From: Marsupella aquatica
Lineage: Eukaryota > Plantae > Marchantiophyta
Length of the DNA stretch: 64,000 bases
Assembly (NCBI GenBank): GCA_973895155.1
Contig: OZ316892.1
Span: 8,844,183-8,908,182, forward strand
Direction: 5' to 3'
Shown: piece by piece, positions 1-13,664 of the stretch
How positions within the stretch are numbered: the first letter of the stretch is position 1
Layout of the letters: every line of letters starts with the position of its first letter
Translations under genes and position numbers: made by a program
The notes under the pieces: model-generated
Seen by the model: the letters and a program-made list of their open reading frames with translations, nothing else
What the model was told of the DNA's origin: nothing
Database searches by the model: none

Positions 1-162
1 TTGTTGTTGTTGTATGCCAAACAGAACATGGGCAACCTAGCCAAGATAGAGCGGCTACGCATTATGTTAGCAACTTGGCTAGTTAATTTAAACTCTGCTG
101 TTGTTGTTGGTTGTTGAACAAAACTTGGACAACCTGGCCAATGTAGAGCAACTACAAAACCC

Positions 163-372
163 GGGGGGTCACTATATGGAGGGCCATGCATCATGTGCAA
201 AGGTTTCAATTGGGTCATTTGTGACCACCTGGAGGGGGTCACTATATGGAGGGTCATGCATCATGTGCAAAGGTTTCAATTGGGTCATTTGTGACCACCC
301 AGGGGGGGGTCACTATATGGAGGGTCATGCATCATGTGCAAAGGTTTCAATTGGGTCATTTGTGACCACCCT
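163..372. repeat. Tandem repeat, ~70 bp x3
   Basis: Three near-identical copies of ggggtcactatatggagggycatgcatcatgtgcaaaggtttcaattgggtcatttgtgaccacc. Confidence 0.9.
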
Positions 373-2139
373 AAGTCACTTTATGTAAAGATGTGTAGTG
401 TCAATCACATGATACACATGTATTTTGTAATTAAACAACCTTTTATTTCCATTGGGCAACTTAATAAGTCTTGTGCCAAAACCACTTAAATGGCCCTATA
501 CTTTGTCACACATGATATGCCAGTTCTGTGGAAGTGACCCCTTGAGCTGCTAAAAATTGTGGCCAAGGCACTACATTAGCAGCTTGGCTGGTCTAGACTC
601 CTATATTGCTATTAAGAATGTGGACAGCTGGTCTGGACTCCTTTGTTGCTATTAAGAATGTGGACAGATTGGCCAATATAGGCTAATACAGATCATAACT
701 GGCAATCCATTAAGTTAGAGGGCTTGGCTAGTTTGACCCTACTGCTACCATTGTGGTCTATTGAAAAGGATGTGGACAACCTAGTCAATGTAGAGCAACT
801 ACTAAAGATTGCGGCCAATCCATTATATTTGCAGTTCAACTAGTTTGGACATTACTACTGTTGTTGTATGTTGAGCAGAACAAGGACAACCTTGCCAGTG
901 TTTGTCATTTGTCCATTTACAAAACGAGCATTGGGTAAAAAAATGTAAACATGTAAAAAAAAATTGCACCGTTCAATTGAAAAAATGAGCCCTTCCTGAA
1001 CCCTGTGCCTGCCCTCCCTTGCGTGCATGCCTGGCGCAGGGCTGAACTTGGCTGCCGTCCCTTGTCCTGCCTTAGTCGTCATAGGGCATGGGGCCAGGTA
1101 ATTAAAGCTCTTGAGAGATGCTCTGCATATTCTGTCCTTGCCAAGTGTAGCATGCATTTGCCCCCTCACCCCCAAGCTCACACTTTGTACAAGAGTGTCT
1201 TTAAAGTGTACATTCAAAAAGAATTGGATTTTTGCCTTGAGACAGTTGCTCACGATTCAGTGTTTGCTGTTTCCTCTCTCTGTTCTTTAAGGCTGAGTTA
1301 GCCCTCATATTTGCGGTTTAGATTTGTTATAGTGTGGGTGACATGTTGTTACGTTCCACTTTAGTTCCTGGTTTTATCCTTCTCCTCGGGAGTTAGCCCT
1401 CGTCTGATCTTCGGGTGATTGTTTGGTCCTTGATATTTTTCTGATCTGACCTTTTTACTCCATGTTTTATTGGATTTTACTTTTCTCATGAATAAAGAGT
1501 TCCTTTCAAGATTAAAACAAAATCAATTTGTTTCATTTGGGGCAGCTCTGGGCAGCTTGGGTAAACATTTCAAATAAGAGAGTGTTTGAGTGGACCTGAG
1601 GGTGCGATAAAGATACACTTTATGAAAGGCTAGGAGGAACTCACGGTTTTTCCAGATTTTGTTGGACGATAGTATACTTTTGGCAGGATAGGGTATTATA
1701 GATTTTGATGATCTCTTTTAAGCAACAACTTTTTTTGTTCACAATATCTTTAATTTACACAATGACTGTACCTATTCCGTAAAGATATCTTCATATTTTG
1801 TGCAACAATATCTTTGCATAAAGGTCTCATAATTTTCATAACATGTTTTGCACATGGACATTTTTTTATTGTGGGTGGGGGGAGAGGCAGCCTAAGAGAA
1901 AGGGTGAGAGGAGGCCATGAGGGGGAGGGGGCATGCCTCGGTTGCCATCACCTAGTTATCTTACTTTCTCCATCTATCATCACTTTTGCAACAACATCTT
2001 TTTGATAATCATGGACACCTTCTATGCAACATCTTATCTGCAAGGCATAGGTATTGAACACGATCACAACAACTGTATGGTCGGGATCACACATAACATG
2101 TGTCAACAACTGCATTGCAAAGCCTATATTTTCTTGCCT

Positions 2140-2540
2140 CACCTTGACATATTTTTCTCTCCTCAACACCTTTTCCTTACTTTGATGTTTTTTTCTCATC
2201 TCGCCTTCTTTTTCTCACCTTAAAATCTTTATCTCACCACGACATTTTTTTCACCCTGGACATTTTTTCTTTCCTCAACATCTTTACCTCACCTCAACTT
2301 ACATCGTTTTCTCATCTTGACATCTTTTCTCTCCTTGATATCTTTCCTCATCTTGACATCTTTTTCTCACCTTGATATCTTTTCTCACCTTGACTTATTT
2401 TCCTCTCCTTGACATCATTTTCACTCCTTGAGATCTTTTCTCACCTCGACATATTTTCCTCACCTTGACATCTTTTCTCACCTTGAGATCCTATCTTTTT
2501 CTCACCTCAACTCATTTTTCTCACCTCAACATCTTTTGTG
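2140..2540. repeat. Degenerate ~20-bp pyrimidine-rich minisatellite
   Basis: Many imperfect copies of tctcaccttgacatctttt. Confidence 0.8.
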
Positions 2541-2567
2541 CAATGCACAGGCATTGGGCTAGTATGA

Positions 2568-2860
2568 TTATGATTCTACAAATTGGGTAGTCATATAGTA
2601 AACAAGTACCCATTTCCACTTCAACAATTGGGCACAACTATTCTGGCATTTTCTCAGGGATTGAATGGCAAGAACCCCACTAATTTGAAAAATTACAACA
2701 CCTTCATGGCACAAACCTTCATTGTCTTGCCATGCACAAAGAGAAGTTGTCACAAATGTTCAATTTGCATAGAAAATTACATGTTGTCAAGGATAATCAT
2801 ATACATGACAACAAGATATTCAATTTCCTTCAAGTTGTCTGAATGGACAGTATGAGATTG
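2568..2860 (-). pseudogene. Possible highly decayed LTR-retrotransposon integrase fragment
   Basis: Minus-strand peptide KWKWVLVYYMTTQFVES loosely resembles the integrase KYILVAVDYLTKWVEA block; no open frame beyond this. Confidence 0.3.
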
Positions 2861-3972
2861 GGGCATTCCGTAGAAACTAAGCACCTTGCAACATGTCCTC
2901 TAAGCTTTTCCTTGGAGATGCTGCATTGGGGTGTCTCAAAGTTCCAAAGTAGACAACTGTTATGGGTTACACGACACATCCTCATTGTAGCAAGGTGATA
3001 AAGAGATAAATGACTATTTACTCCTTAACAACTCGATTTCGTTCCGGTTAGGAGTGGATAAGATCGAAAAGACCTAATTAACACGATTTGAGAAGTTTAC
3101 ACCAACATTCTTAGGTTGGAGAGATTTCTAATGATCTCCTTAACATAAGTGTTTAATCACAAACTCAAGTGGGTAATCCTTAGGATTCACAGTGCAATAA
3201 TAAAGACTAGAATTAACAAAGATTGAAACTAGAGAGAGAGTAGATAGGAGTTTTCAAAGTGCAAGGGAATTGAATTTCTGACCATCACCACTCCTTCAAT
3301 AAGGATTATGGCCTAATTTAAGATTCAGAAATCAACATTTTCTATGCTTTTTGATTTCTCGTAGCAACTCTTCTCAATCTCTTGAATTTAGAAGACAACA
3401 ATGTAAATCAACCCGGGACACTTTTCTGGTTTTGCTTAAGACGGTACTAGGATACTCGAATTGGTTTACTTCTCCTACAATCCTTAAGATTGTTTGTTTG
3501 AGTTTTGTATAAATGTCAATTTCCTCTTTGGTGAATCTTCCAAATGTATTGATCACAAATCTCATTGATCTTTCAATATCATTAAGGCACACTCTAGCAT
3601 ACATTGAACATTTCACAACAACTCAAGGGTTGCTAAAACTTCTTCCTTTTACTCAACCATGGTAAAGAGAAGGGAAGAAAGACATAGATTTCTCCAAAAT
3701 CAAAATGGGGAAATCAAATGCATCTCTCTCCTCCGGGTTGACTTTGGGTTCTCCTCCTTTTGTACTAAAAGTGGAGATTATGAAAAGACATGCCTTTTCA
3801 AAACCCAAGTCTAAAGAAGTATGTAATTAAAAGTAAACTATCCTAGTCAAAAATAGAGTAGAGACTACAATGGATCTATCAACAAAATGCTGGAGTCTAC
3901 TTACTCATATACTAGTCTACATAGCCATTTCTAGGTCTAAACTAATGTGGCTCTAACTCTCTAAATATAGTT

Positions 3973-5805
3973 CTATTCAAGTCCTATCTTCTGGGAAGGA
4001 TTCTCCTCAGGGTTGGCCATAGCAAGGGGTTCTGGCCGAAGGTAAACTCCCTGCTGGCCAGTGGTAAAAGGAATGGACGGGTCAATATCCATGTTCTCCT
4101 GATGGGCACTTGGGTCATGAGAATAGGTGTAAGAATGAGAGTGGAAGTGTGTACTGGGAGTGGGGAAACCAGGAGGGTTGAGGGGTGATGAGGGGCCAGT
4201 GGAATAGACTCCTTCATGAGGACTAGGAGAGAAAGATCTGGTAGTAAAGGGAGGAATCTCAGTATTAGCTAATAGCTCCTCAGTAGTCAAGTCACTCATC
4301 TCCCTTAAGGCTTCACAGGTCTTTGAGAGGCCTGTAAGTGCATCATCCACCTTGGTACTCACATCTACCACTAAATGGTTAATCTTGGAGAAAAGGATGG
4401 GTGTGGTGTTCTTGGCCAAATACTCATCATAAATTTGGGCCTTAAGAAGATCCAGAGAAGCTATCTTAGTCAAAGGCTCAATCAGATCCAAAGATTGAGT
4501 GATACTGAGTTGGAGAGTATGCTCAAGCTCATTCTTCTTCTTACTCCTTTCCAACTGCTGTTTGAGTTCAGATACCTTCTTCTTGAGGAACTCATTCTCC
4601 TTCTCCAACTTCTTCTTATCTGTGGCATCACTCATGGTGGAGATCTTCTCAAGAATCTGCCCTGGTTTCACTTCTAGCTTCTGCGAAATGTCGGTGACGA
4701 CCTTCTCCATCACAGTGGTCTTCCTCTTCACCTTCTGGAACGTGGCTGAGATGATCTGGAAATCAGCTAGGGTGTCTTGGGAGGCATGGCTGGGTGCATC
4801 CAGAAATTCAGCTGGGTCGACGAAGGCCGGGTCGGAAAAGTCCGGGTCGAGGTTCCGGGCAGCAGACCGGGTCTTTCGAGGATTTGTCTCTGCTGGCTCC
4901 TCATCCTCACTGTCATCAGAGGTGGCCTGGGTGATATCTGGATCTGTCTCTCCATACTTGATAAAGTTGTACTTGGCCAATAGTAATTTCTTCTCCTCTC
5001 TGAACAAAACTCCTTCAAAGCTATATAGATGTCCCAGGTAGCAGGAGAGGGGAGTAGGACTCTTGTTGGATAGGTTCTGTACCAACTTCCTTATCAAATC
5101 AAAGATAAGCTTAGCCCAGTTGACTTTTCTTTCTCCCTTGTAAGCAGCAACAATGGTAGAGCCAACTCCAACAGTAACTCTTCTTGGCTTCTCAGGGTAT
5201 AGCAGGGGTAGCAAAAAATTGAAGACTCGTCTCAGATCAGGATCCAAACACTTAGAAACATTGAACCCGTCCTTACTGTTGATGGCTCCTTTGAAGTAAG
5301 GAAGGATTAGATTGACAGCTCTTCCCACTGGACCTTCTCCTTCATCTTCCAATACAAAAGCTCCTGCAATCATCATCTGAGTCCATCGCTCAGGTCGGCC
5401 TCTGGAGGTATCCTTAAACTCAGCCGGACACTCCTTGGATCGGATCTCTCTGATCATATCTTCGCTCTGATAACTCCAGGGTAGCTCCATCAGAGACTCA
5501 CAGCCCATCCTGAGCAAAGACTCCCTCAATTTGACCTTCTCAGCTTCACTGTCCGGAATAGCTGGCCTCAGAATTTTCATGGCAATAGGGACCTCCTTTC
5601 TCTTCGATCGTCTCACAGGGGCTTTAACTGGAGTAGGTGCAGGTGATGTTGAGGTTGAATGCCCCTTAGAGACGTTAGAAGTGGACATTCCGGCTGGATC
5701 CGTCCCTTGCTCCATAGGACTTATCAAAGCAGCAAATGGATTCCCAATAAATGGCCTGCCTCCTCGTCGACGAGCTCTACAATGCTGCGACTTCAGAATG
5801 GTCAA
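3973..5805 (-). CDS. 610-aa intronless TE-type accessory ORF (globular N-terminal domain, acidic linker, coiled coil, Pro/Ser tail)
   Basis: Uninterrupted ORF. Block FNFLLPLLYPEKPRRVT...VNWAKL...PTPLSCYLGHLY resembles, from recall only, extra ORFs of bryophyte Ty3/gypsy elements. Heptad-rich segment KKKLEKENEFLKKKVSELKQQLE. Confidence 0.6.
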   Translation of the reverse strand: MTILKSQHCRARRRGGRPFIGNPFAALISPMEQGTDPAGMSTSNVSKGHSTSTSPAPTPVKAPVRRSKRKEVPIAMKILRPAIPDSEAEKVKLRESLLRMGCESLMELPWSYQSEDMIREIRSKECPAEFKDTSRGRPERWTQMMIAGAFVLEDEGEGPVGRAVNLILPYFKGAINSKDGFNVSKCLDPDLRRVFNFLLPLLYPEKPRRVTVGVGSTIVAAYKGERKVNWAKLIFDLIRKLVQNLSNKSPTPLSCYLGHLYSFEGVLFREEKKLLLAKYNFIKYGETDPDITQATSDDSEDEEPAETNPRKTRSAARNLDPDFSDPAFVDPAEFLDAPSHASQDTLADFQIISATFQKVKRKTTVMEKVVTDISQKLEVKPGQILEKISTMSDATDKKKLEKENEFLKKKVSELKQQLERSKKKNELEHTLQLSITQSLDLIEPLTKIASLDLLKAQIYDEYLAKNTTPILFSKINHLVVDVSTKVDDALTGLSKTCEALREMSDLTTEELLANTEIPPFTTRSFSPSPHEGVYSTGPSSPLNPPGFPTPSTHFHSHSYTYSHDPSAHQENMDIDPSIPFTTGQQGVYLRPEPLAMANPEENPSQKIGLE

Positions 5806-8728
5806 TCGCTTCGGTGTCGACCAATGGTAGAAATGTCCGGGTCGACCTGGCTACGGCGTTTCTGATCAACTGACAAGTGCTTCTGGAAACGTTGATCAAG
5901 ATCCCGTCAATCAGAATTCAGGTGCATCGAACGTGGGGCAAAGATAGACTCAAACGGGCCTGCAATGTGGATGTCCGGATCGACCTGGCCTTCCTTGTCA
6001 TCACCGATGTATGCACGATCAGAATCTCAAACTTCCTGCCTTCACTCCCAGCGGCGGAGTAGGCATTCCTCTCACAACGATTCAGTCAGTACCCTCATAT
6101 CCAGGCTCTCATCAAGAAATTCAAGATTGGTCCTATAATCCGGACCCAAGATCCTCTACCAAAAGGGTAGAGCCTCCTCACTCTACTGCTTTAACAGCCT
6201 AATGCGCTCGGGAACTCAAAACCTACTAAGTTCGGCTTTGAGAGGTGTGAGAGGCCGGATCGACTCTCCTTCCTTATATCCGGATTCTGCTGTGGTCGTG
6301 CTTGTGTTTGACTTATGGTTTTAAAAACTTTGGCAATGGACAGCTGTTGTTGAGTAGAGTCTCGGTATAAGCTTTATATCTCATTCCAGGCTTATAACAA
6401 AAAGTTTCGGGTCGATCCTCCTTCTCTAATATCAATCCGGGTTGACCTCAGATGGGCTTGAAAGTCTCATAACACTTCAAAGTAGTCTTCAGGTCCCTCT
6501 TTAGCCTCATTTGAGATCTTAAACTTAAAAATTCAAAAATTTATGGCTAGTTAACCCTTCCTTCATAAACATCCTTATCTCACACTCATGGACTTTGAAA
6601 ATACTGTTCTCTAACTTTTTCTTCTTAATAGACATCCATAATGCATGACCATGAAGGAACTTCACAAACTGGGTACAAAAAAAATCAAAAACCACAAAAG
6701 AATTCACCTCACCCCAAGAATAGTTCTGGTCAGATGACATGTCCAGAACCTGTTTGCCATATTGCTATTATAACAAGCCCCGAAGATGTAAGACTTAGTT
6801 AGTTCCCATACATGCAGTGAAACACATTGCACTTGAAGCAAGGAAAATTTGGACACTCTGCTTTGGAGTTCACATGAAAAGCCATGAAGGAGTCAATCAA
6901 CATCACTCCTTCACGTAGTATTCTTCAAGAATGAGGCTACAAGAATTTGGGGATGCCCTAGAGGAGGAGTCTTGGTGAGTCCTTGGACCATGGGAAGTTC
7001 TTCTATTGGTTGTCAAGACATGATATGGTTCTTGGAATGTTCATTTGTTTGTGGAGGTTCTTGTCTAAGTCTCCATAGTCCAGTAGTTTGTTGGCGTTAC
7101 AAGGACAGGCAATGCTTTACATACAATCCCACCAAAAGAAGACTCATCTCAAAGTGAGGGGCTAGATACTTCAAAGTCTAGAATGTACCCTAAGGAGTGA
7201 AGAGGTAGCTGGAAAGAGAGAGTAGAGGCTTGGACTGCAGTGAGGCATTGAAAACTTAAGAGAGCCTTGGAGGACTGAGTTGAAACTTCAATCGGACAAA
7301 GAAGACATGCAGTCCACTCGATATCCCAAGCAAGGACATATCTCTGCTGTAAGGAGCTTTACCATTCTCCAATTCAATCAGCAAATGATCCATAGACAAA
7401 GCAATAAAAAGCAAGATAATTGTCAAAAGTCAATATGAACAGAAATCTTTCAAATTTAATGCACTTGACCTGTTTGCTCTCCTAAGACCTAACATAACTT
7501 GCTTAGATGAAGAGCTTCTAGGAGGCATTCCTGTTGGGCTAAAACTCGTTGATTGAATAGGTTTGGAGAAAGAGACGGGTTTTGAACGAAAGAAGAGCTC
7601 ACTTCTGACTTGCTAACTGTAATCTAAGATTCTCGGAGTCCTTTGATTGTTTCATGGAGAATACTCATCAGGGCCCTTGATTACTAATCAATATACTTGA
7701 ATGTATTGAAACAAAAATGTAGGTGCCATTAAAGGAATGCAAGCTAAAGAACAAGTACAAAAATATCAAATCGACCATTAACAGGTCAGATGTGGAAACA
7801 AATGTGGTTTGAAAGTTGATCATGTTTTGCGCATGTTGGATTTTCTGCCATGGATTGTTAACTGGCTTGATCTTTCTTTGACTTCTCGCTTCTAGAGTCT
7901 TGCTTAGCATATAAGGATGTGTGCTTTGATATATTCAATGATTCCGAGCATTCTTTGATTGAAGTTCATAAATTAGGTCATTCCAATGACCAGGGAGGAT
8001 ATAGTAAATGCATATGAAACAGCTGCGCTTTAAATAGTTTGAAATGTAGCAATATGAAGCTAATTGATGATTACTTTTGGGATCCCAAATCTATATAATT
8101 TTGCAGTGGCTTGAGCGTATTGAGGGTGACCGATAAGTTTGCTGAAACCAAAGCTAGTATCCTTTGATTCCCATAAACATGTAGTGGATATCTTGTACAA
8201 CAATTAGATCCCAGCAGCCAGGTGAAACAATTTTAAGTTGTGTTTCTACTTTCATTGGGCAGTGAACAAGGAAATTTGAATTCTTTAAATTGTTACTTAC
8301 ACATATTATGTTCTTGAGAGTTTCTAGTGTTACATCTTCCTAAAGTCTGTCTACTACAAAACTTGAGCTCTCTAAGCTCGTCAAGAACAAACCTATTTTT
8401 TTCTTTTAGTGTACTCTGTTATCGTTATCATTGGATTCATGCGATGAAAGTAGTCAGTCAATCCATTTCCATGAAGGAGGATTTAGCTCGGATAATTATG
8501 CACATGCTCAACATTAACCTCATAGGCCCTTGAAACAGCAAACACAATTATTTACAAGCATAAAATTGGAGATCAGACTGACTATAGAATTGGGCTTCTG
8601 TCATTTATCTTGCTCAGCCTTTTCTTTAGCCAACGAGTCGATGGTAGATTTCTTTTAGGTCAACAAGTTAATTACCAAAGACAGACTTACAGTGTGTTTT
8701 GGTCAAACTGATGTTGCAACTCCTTCAG

Positions 8729-11700
8729 GTCTTTGTCCATTTAAGTACATCAGTCGGCGAATTTCTTGAGTCCTTGACTTGAGTTCTCAAGATGCTCGAT
8801 TCAAAAAGGAGGAATTCTTCAGGCGAATGAAACCTGCCCTTCTGATCAAAATTGTGGAAGAGGTAATTATGTAATTATGAATGAAAATGGCCAAAATTAT
8901 AAACTGGCACCTAGAGATTAGGATTCTAGGAATTTCAATTTGGAGCTTTTTGTAGAAGTCAAGTTGGATATTAGATCAAGAGGCAAGGTGCAAACAGAAA
9001 ACAAAGCAAGGTGTAGCTGAGGAAAAACTTATTGATTTGAAATAATTGATTGTGACTCTTTGTGCAGAGTGAAGTAGAAGTCTTGCTTCTTGATTTGAGA
9101 GACACCGAAGAGTATCAAATATGCCATATCAAAGGCGGTAGGAGTAGCACTCGACATCATTGCTTAAATCCTTGTGCTCAATGGACATACCTTTGTGGTG
9201 TTTTTTAATGAACTAGCTTGCAAAAAAATATTCTTGTACATAACTTGTTGTTTTTGTCCTTTTGATGGCAAGTAGTATATTTAAGTTCAATACTAGAAAC
9301 ATGATATGACTGTCATTCATTAATCAAGTCAGATTAACTAATCAGTTTTCAGAAATGAGTAAACTCTATTCCATGTTCAGCTTTCAAAATTCCTACTAAT
9401 TCACTTTTGTAAGAGATTGCAATGCCGAAGCAAACTGCACCAATCTTCTCGCCGACGATTAATTCACTTTATCTTTTCAATTTATTCTCAGACTTTACAC
9501 AGTTCATCAATAATTGGAATGTTGGAGATGACCATAACAACTGGTTGTTTTAGCTCTCTACTGATGTATGTATTGTCTGCAGCACTCTCATATCCAGCAG
9601 TTAATTTGAAGAAGTCAGTGAATTATTTCTCTGCAGACATTCTAAGCTTTGTATGCAACATTCCTCTCGATCTCCTGTTGTTGCTCACTTGATTATTTTT
9701 CTTGACATAGATTGCTTAGGTAATAGTTTGAGATTCCTTGAGATACATAGAATACTTTGGTCATATACTAGGATTTATTTTGATGGTATAGAGATCACTA
9801 AAAAATGACAGAAAGTGACTAAGATTTTTGGGTTGCTATGTTGAGAGTTTAAATGACACAATTACTAACCTCATAAACATCAAAGTGGTATCATGAGAAT
9901 AGATGTCAAATTATACCAAGAGCACATACCTCTATATATCTAAAGGCGGATGATGCAGTGGAAATAGATCCATATCCATACTTTATGCTCTTTGAAAAAT
10001 TTTCATGTTTTGCCAAGGGCTTGATAGACTGCAACAAAGTCATGTATTGTGTTTACATTGCAGATCAACAAGGAACCTGAACGGATCATTGTGATTTACG
10101 ATGATGATGAATATGCCATGGCGGTTAGTTCCTACTCATTCTAGCTTTTTGGCTTTTTGGTCTTCCCGGGTTTCTTTTGGTTTGGTTTCCCATCTTTATT
10201 GCGTTTCTTGCCTTTGGGTCCTGTTTTCCCTCTATGGCGCTTTTTGTTCTTTGCCAGTGTTATACATATATATAATCTATCAAAAACAATAGTCATGTAC
10301 CTCCAAAGTTTGGTTTATCAAAACAGAACTTTGATTCCAGCTTTTGTTAACACAGGAAGTTCACCATCTAAACTCTTTTATCCTCTGAAATACTTACCTC
10401 TTCGTTTGAAATGTATTCTTGTTCATCACATGAACAGAAAATAAATTTATAACAACTGGTATAGTATTGGGCGACCTTTGAGAGTAGAGTAGAGCAGTCA
10501 CAAAACTCCGTGTCCAGATAGGAGTACATCTAGGCTCCAATACTTTGGGATGGATATACAATCATTTTGGGGTCAAAGGAATCTTTAAAAATTAAGCTTT
10601 TTGAAGTGGAACTATGCCCAAGTCAGCCTACATGTTTGCTTAGTAAAAGAGGGAGGGCTGTACATTTAGAAAAAATGGAATTGCCTTATCTTGTATCGCT
10701 ATGTGGAAAAGCTTAGTGCTGATCCCTTTAGTCTGTTTCACATTTTTCCAGAGTGCAGGAAATTTATTTTTTGAGAAAGGCGTTGACAACATCTTTGTCC
10801 TCCATGGAGGTAATGTTAATTAAATCACGTCCAACTATTGTGGTTTATTTGTTAAAGAGTTTTACTCATCCTAGAGATACCCCATGTTAAGATTCTTAGA
10901 ATGTGTGTGGGGGACAAAATGTCAACTTTGTGTGTGTGCTTTATAGCATAACGCTCTCCATAGCAGTCCTCATTAAAGACTCAGTCTATGGTTTCATGGT
11001 TTAGTTTACATTCCTCTTCCCAACTTTGCTTGACTATGTCAGTTTTCTACCAAGACATGACTTGAGACACCATTTTGACCATTATTTTTGTGCTCCAACC
11101 CCAATTCGGATGATTGGTTTACATGTTGCCCATGGTGTATGTTAGTCAGATCTGTTTTGAGTATTTGGACGTGGTTTGCAAGTGTGATCTACTGTAGAAA
11201 GGGAGATTTCTTGCTTCATCCTGATCCCACCCAAAGGTTTTGAACAATGATAGTTTGTCATTCAGAATTACAGCAAGTTAAATGTCCCCTAAGTGGATCA
11301 CCCGTAGTTCAATCTCCTCCAGGAATGAATCAGACTTCTAGGGGAGACTGTTTGAAAATTTATTTTAATGTTATTTGTATCTCTGCTTAAGAATGATTTT
11401 TTCTTGGATGAAAAACCTGTCCATAAACGCTGTTAATTTAGGGGAATTTTATTGTACGTATAAGAAATCAGATCCATTTCCAAATGACTATGAATGTTGT
11501 CATGGCATTTTTTGTACAATTTAGATGTTGTTGTGGCTATAACCACCCCCCTTTCTCTCAAAAAACATCAAGAAAACAGAAAACAAAAAGAGAGCAAAGA
11601 GTTTGATGAAATGTATATAGTTTCAAGTTATTTGGAATCTTTCTAAAACTGATCGTTCATCTCATGCTGCCTTCTTGGGATCACTAAGCAGGTTTGAAAG

Positions 11701-11996
11701 AGGTTGTCAGCAGGTATCCTTACATGGTTGAAGGACAATACCCCAAGCCTCTTGCTCCCCTTAGGCCCATTTGTAATACAAGTGTTGGAAGGAGTGTGAA
11801 AAGTTCAAAATCATCAACTCCTAATTGGATTCAGAAAAACAAGGACTTGTGTAGTGTGCTGTCCACTCCAGCAAGCAAAGGAGACAAACCAGCAAAGCCA
11901 AGGCCAGGTTGGGGATTTCCAAGTAGTGGTCCACTGAGTGTATCTTACTCCGACACGAGCAGCAGCCAACGAGGCTTCTCTCCTATCAAAAGGTGA
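8729..11996 (+). CDS. CEP41: CEP41 (TSGA14)-like rhodanese-domain ciliary/centrosomal protein; 5' exons unresolved
   Basis: Phase-compatible GT-AG exons ..8862, 9068-9137, 9583-9650, 10064-10123, 10752-10809, 11692-11996 give RFKKEEFFRRMK..LLLDLRDTEEYQICHIKGALSYPAVNLKKSVNYFSADILSFINKEPERIIVIYDDDE..FEKGVDNIFVLHGGLK, matching the CEP41 pattern LLLDVRD..YQQCHIVGAYSYP..IIILYDDDE..GFENLFMLSGGLK. Confidence 0.85.
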
Positions 11997-12947
11997 CTAG
12001 GAAGTTTCCATAATCTAAATTTTTCTATTGGATTTGGAAGTAAGCTCGTTCCTATATCCGTGGAAAACAAATCTATTCCGAGGGAGATGACAGTGTTGTT
12101 AGTGCTAGTTTTGTACTATAGGAACTCTTGCCTCACAAATGGAAAGGCACTTATTGACTTTCATGTTGTAGTGAAGTTAATCATAGATAGCAATGAGATA
12201 TCCTTAGGAGGCCTCTCAAGAGTGATGCCATCAACCTCCAGGCACGTCACAAATTCTAACTCTGGCTCACTAATAGCAACTTGGAACTTAGAGAATACTT
12301 ATCTATAGCTCAATTGTTGGCCACTTTGATATCTTGAATGTAATTATAGCACTTGGCTACTGTAGGTTCTCACCAAATTGTGAAAAGGTTACATTTCAAT
12401 TTTCTAGGCAAGAACCGCAGATACATTATAGTGTGGTGTGCTTCTGATAATCAATTTCACATACCCTCCAGTCTAGAAACATTTTTTTATGACATAGAAT
12501 GGTGAAAATCTCTATTTAGGCTTAGAACCTTGAAGCCCCAAAGTAGTTTACGGATTCATCTAGTCTAGACTTATTATTCATATGGATCTACTTAGATTTT
12601 ACTCTTATGTACATAAGCCATTGTGAAACTTATTCTGCATTGCTCTAGTGTACAATGAAAGTTAATACAATGGTGGATTATAACACAGGTCTCGTGAGCT
12701 TTGGGCAACTTGTATGTACTCAGAAGCCAGTGTTCATTGAGCTCAAGCTAACAAACGAGGCCGAGGCACTTATGGCACTAGCTATGGGGCCTGCCCGGGA
12801 GACAGTATAGTGGGACCTAGCTACAGGTCCCCTGCAATGCTTTGGTCTGCACACCCAAACATTATAGCCCAACGTTTTTTCCCAATGGAGGCAAGCAGTC
12901 CTCCAATCCACAGCCATATAGGCTACTTCAACTATATATTTCAAATG

Positions 12948-13355
12948 GCCATGATATGAAAGGCACCCAATTGGGAGACATGATCCCACAGGCCAAAGAC
13001 CCAATTGTAATTGCTTTTGATTGAACTTGTCCACAGCGAGTGCCCAAAAACAAAAGGCACCCTACTGGGGGACATGATCCCACAAGCAAAAGACCATGAT
13101 ATGAAAGGCACCCAATTGGGAGACATGATCCCACAGGCCAAAGACCCAATTGTAATTGCTTTTGATTGAACTTCTCCACAGCGACTGCACAAAAACAAAA
13201 GGCACCCTACTGGGGGACATGATCCCACAAGCAAAAGACCCGATTGCAATTGCTTCGAGTGCCAAAAAACAAAATGATCCCACAAGCAAAAGACCCAATT
13301 GCAATTGCTGCAAGTGCCAAAAAACCAAAGACACCCAGCTGGGAGACATGACCCC
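12948..13355. repeat. Compound tandem repeat (~145-bp unit x2 plus partial subunits)
   Basis: Repeated catgatatgaaaggcacccaattgggagacatgatcccacaggccaaagacccaattg and gacatgatcccacaagcaaaagacc subunits. Confidence 0.85.
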
Positions 13356-13518
13356 ACGGAGAGTGCAGAGTCACCTTTTCCTCAGAAAGGCAGGATGGTT
13401 CATGAAGGTCTTAAAGTCCCTTCACAACCCTGGGCGCAAAGGTGATGAAACAGCTCCCTGAACTCTCCAATAGGGAGTGTCAAAGCAGACCATAACTGAG
13501 TTCCGGCCAAGGACACAC

Positions 13519-13664
13519 AGTGCTCTTCCGACCAAGACAAAGTCGTTGGAGCCTATCTAAATACGAGCCCCATAAGGATGGTACGTCCAAAAGTGCTCTT
13601 CCGACCAAGACAAAAACATTACAGCCTACCTAAATACGAGCCCCATAAGATGGTACATCCAAAA
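13519..13664. repeat. Direct duplication, ~73 bp x2
   Basis: agtgctcttccgaccaagacaaa...taaatacgagccccataag...tggtacrtccaaaag occurs twice. Confidence 0.8.

Noticed and set aside
2958-6775. LTR boundaries (tgttat...ataaca) around the 610-aa ORF
   Set aside because: No matching TSD, paired LTR, PBS or PPT could be found.
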